Positions 56,983-57,443 of a DNA stretch of 57,443 bases are shown in pieces (within the stretch, counting starts at the first letter, position 1; every line of letters begins with the position of its first letter). Below the pieces are notes generated by a model that saw only the letters and a list, made by a program, of their open reading frames with translations, was not told the DNA's origin and did no database searches. The position numbers and the translations under genes are program-made. Source of the DNA: Vitrella brassicaformis CCMP3155 (Eukaryota; Protista; Chromerida); NCBI GenBank assembly GCA_001179505.1, contig CDMY01000526.1:1-57443 (forward strand), in the 5' to 3' direction.

Positions 56983-57443
56983 CAAGCCAGAGACCCATCA
57001 GCAGCACGTGCAGGTGGACCTGATAGTGCATGCCCGCTGCGCTGCATCGAGAGTGGTTCGCGCTCACGCACAGCCCCGCCAGGGTGTGAAGACTCTCACG
57101 CCCTCAGGGAGGGTGCTGCCTGGCAGCTGGTCCTCCACCTCGAGAGTGTCAGCATTTGGAAGGATGGTCATTGGTGGGTTGGGCCATCCAGTTGGCGGGG
57201 CGGAGAAAGGAGTTTTTTGTCGCGCAGACATGCCGCTGCCTATACATATATGTCATCATGGTTGGTCCCATTGTATCCACGCTTCGTTATGTTGGCGATT
57301 GGTGCGATGTTGGCCATGGCTCAGTGCAGTGGGCCGAGCTATTTGCTACCGGTTACACGGAGCTCGTAGCTCGCAGCCTTCGCATGACCATGGCGGACAG
57401 CTCACCATCGCCCTGGGCATCGTGCACCGTGACACAGGTACAT

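Larger units (their letters stand above)
52244..57443 (+). mobile_element. LTR retrotransposon, 5' part only (putative LTR, gag, -1 frameshift, ORF2); superfamily not determinable here, Ty3/Gypsy-like by inference
   Basis: An intronless gag-like ORF with a CCHC knuckle, a QGN slippery site and an overlapping -1 ORF. Upstream lies a 1.3 kb segment without clear genes, bounded by TGTAA...TTACA. RT and integrase are not inside the window. Confidence 0.7.

Overview
This is intron-rich, GC-rich eukaryotic genomic DNA. Its introns are short and full of (GACA)n, (GGAT)n and (CA)n microsatellites. The style resembles the chromerid alveolate Vitrella brassicaformis, but that is inference from composition only. 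Most short six-frame ORFs are artefacts, so I rebuilt genes by hand from GT-AG exons; exon chains and start codons are approximate. Recognisable housekeeping genes: WBP2-like (+), CCZ1 (-), proteasome beta-1 (+), an enkurin-domain protein (-) and tRNA-Ala(AGC). Other genes: a ~15 kb multi-exon gene with an Unkempt-like zinc-finger motif and C-terminal ankyrin repeats, a frameshifted Crinkler-like P-loop NTPase/REase/SAP gene, and a secreted beta-propeller-like protein. The standout is one spliced gene that fuses a NADAR (YbiA) domain to two TARG1/DarG-type macrodomains. These are the two unrelated hydrolase families that reverse guanine- and thymidine-linked DNA ADP-ribosylation in bacterial DarT systems. 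The last 14 kb is mobile DNA. It holds a gapped, degenerate CRE-like non-LTR retrotransposon ending in CCCTAA(CCA)8, then the 5' part of an LTR retrotransposon. That element has gag, a clear -1 frameshift signal (G GGA AAC plus hairpin) and a long unrecognised ORF2 where the protease would be expected. There is no CRISPR array and no rRNA.
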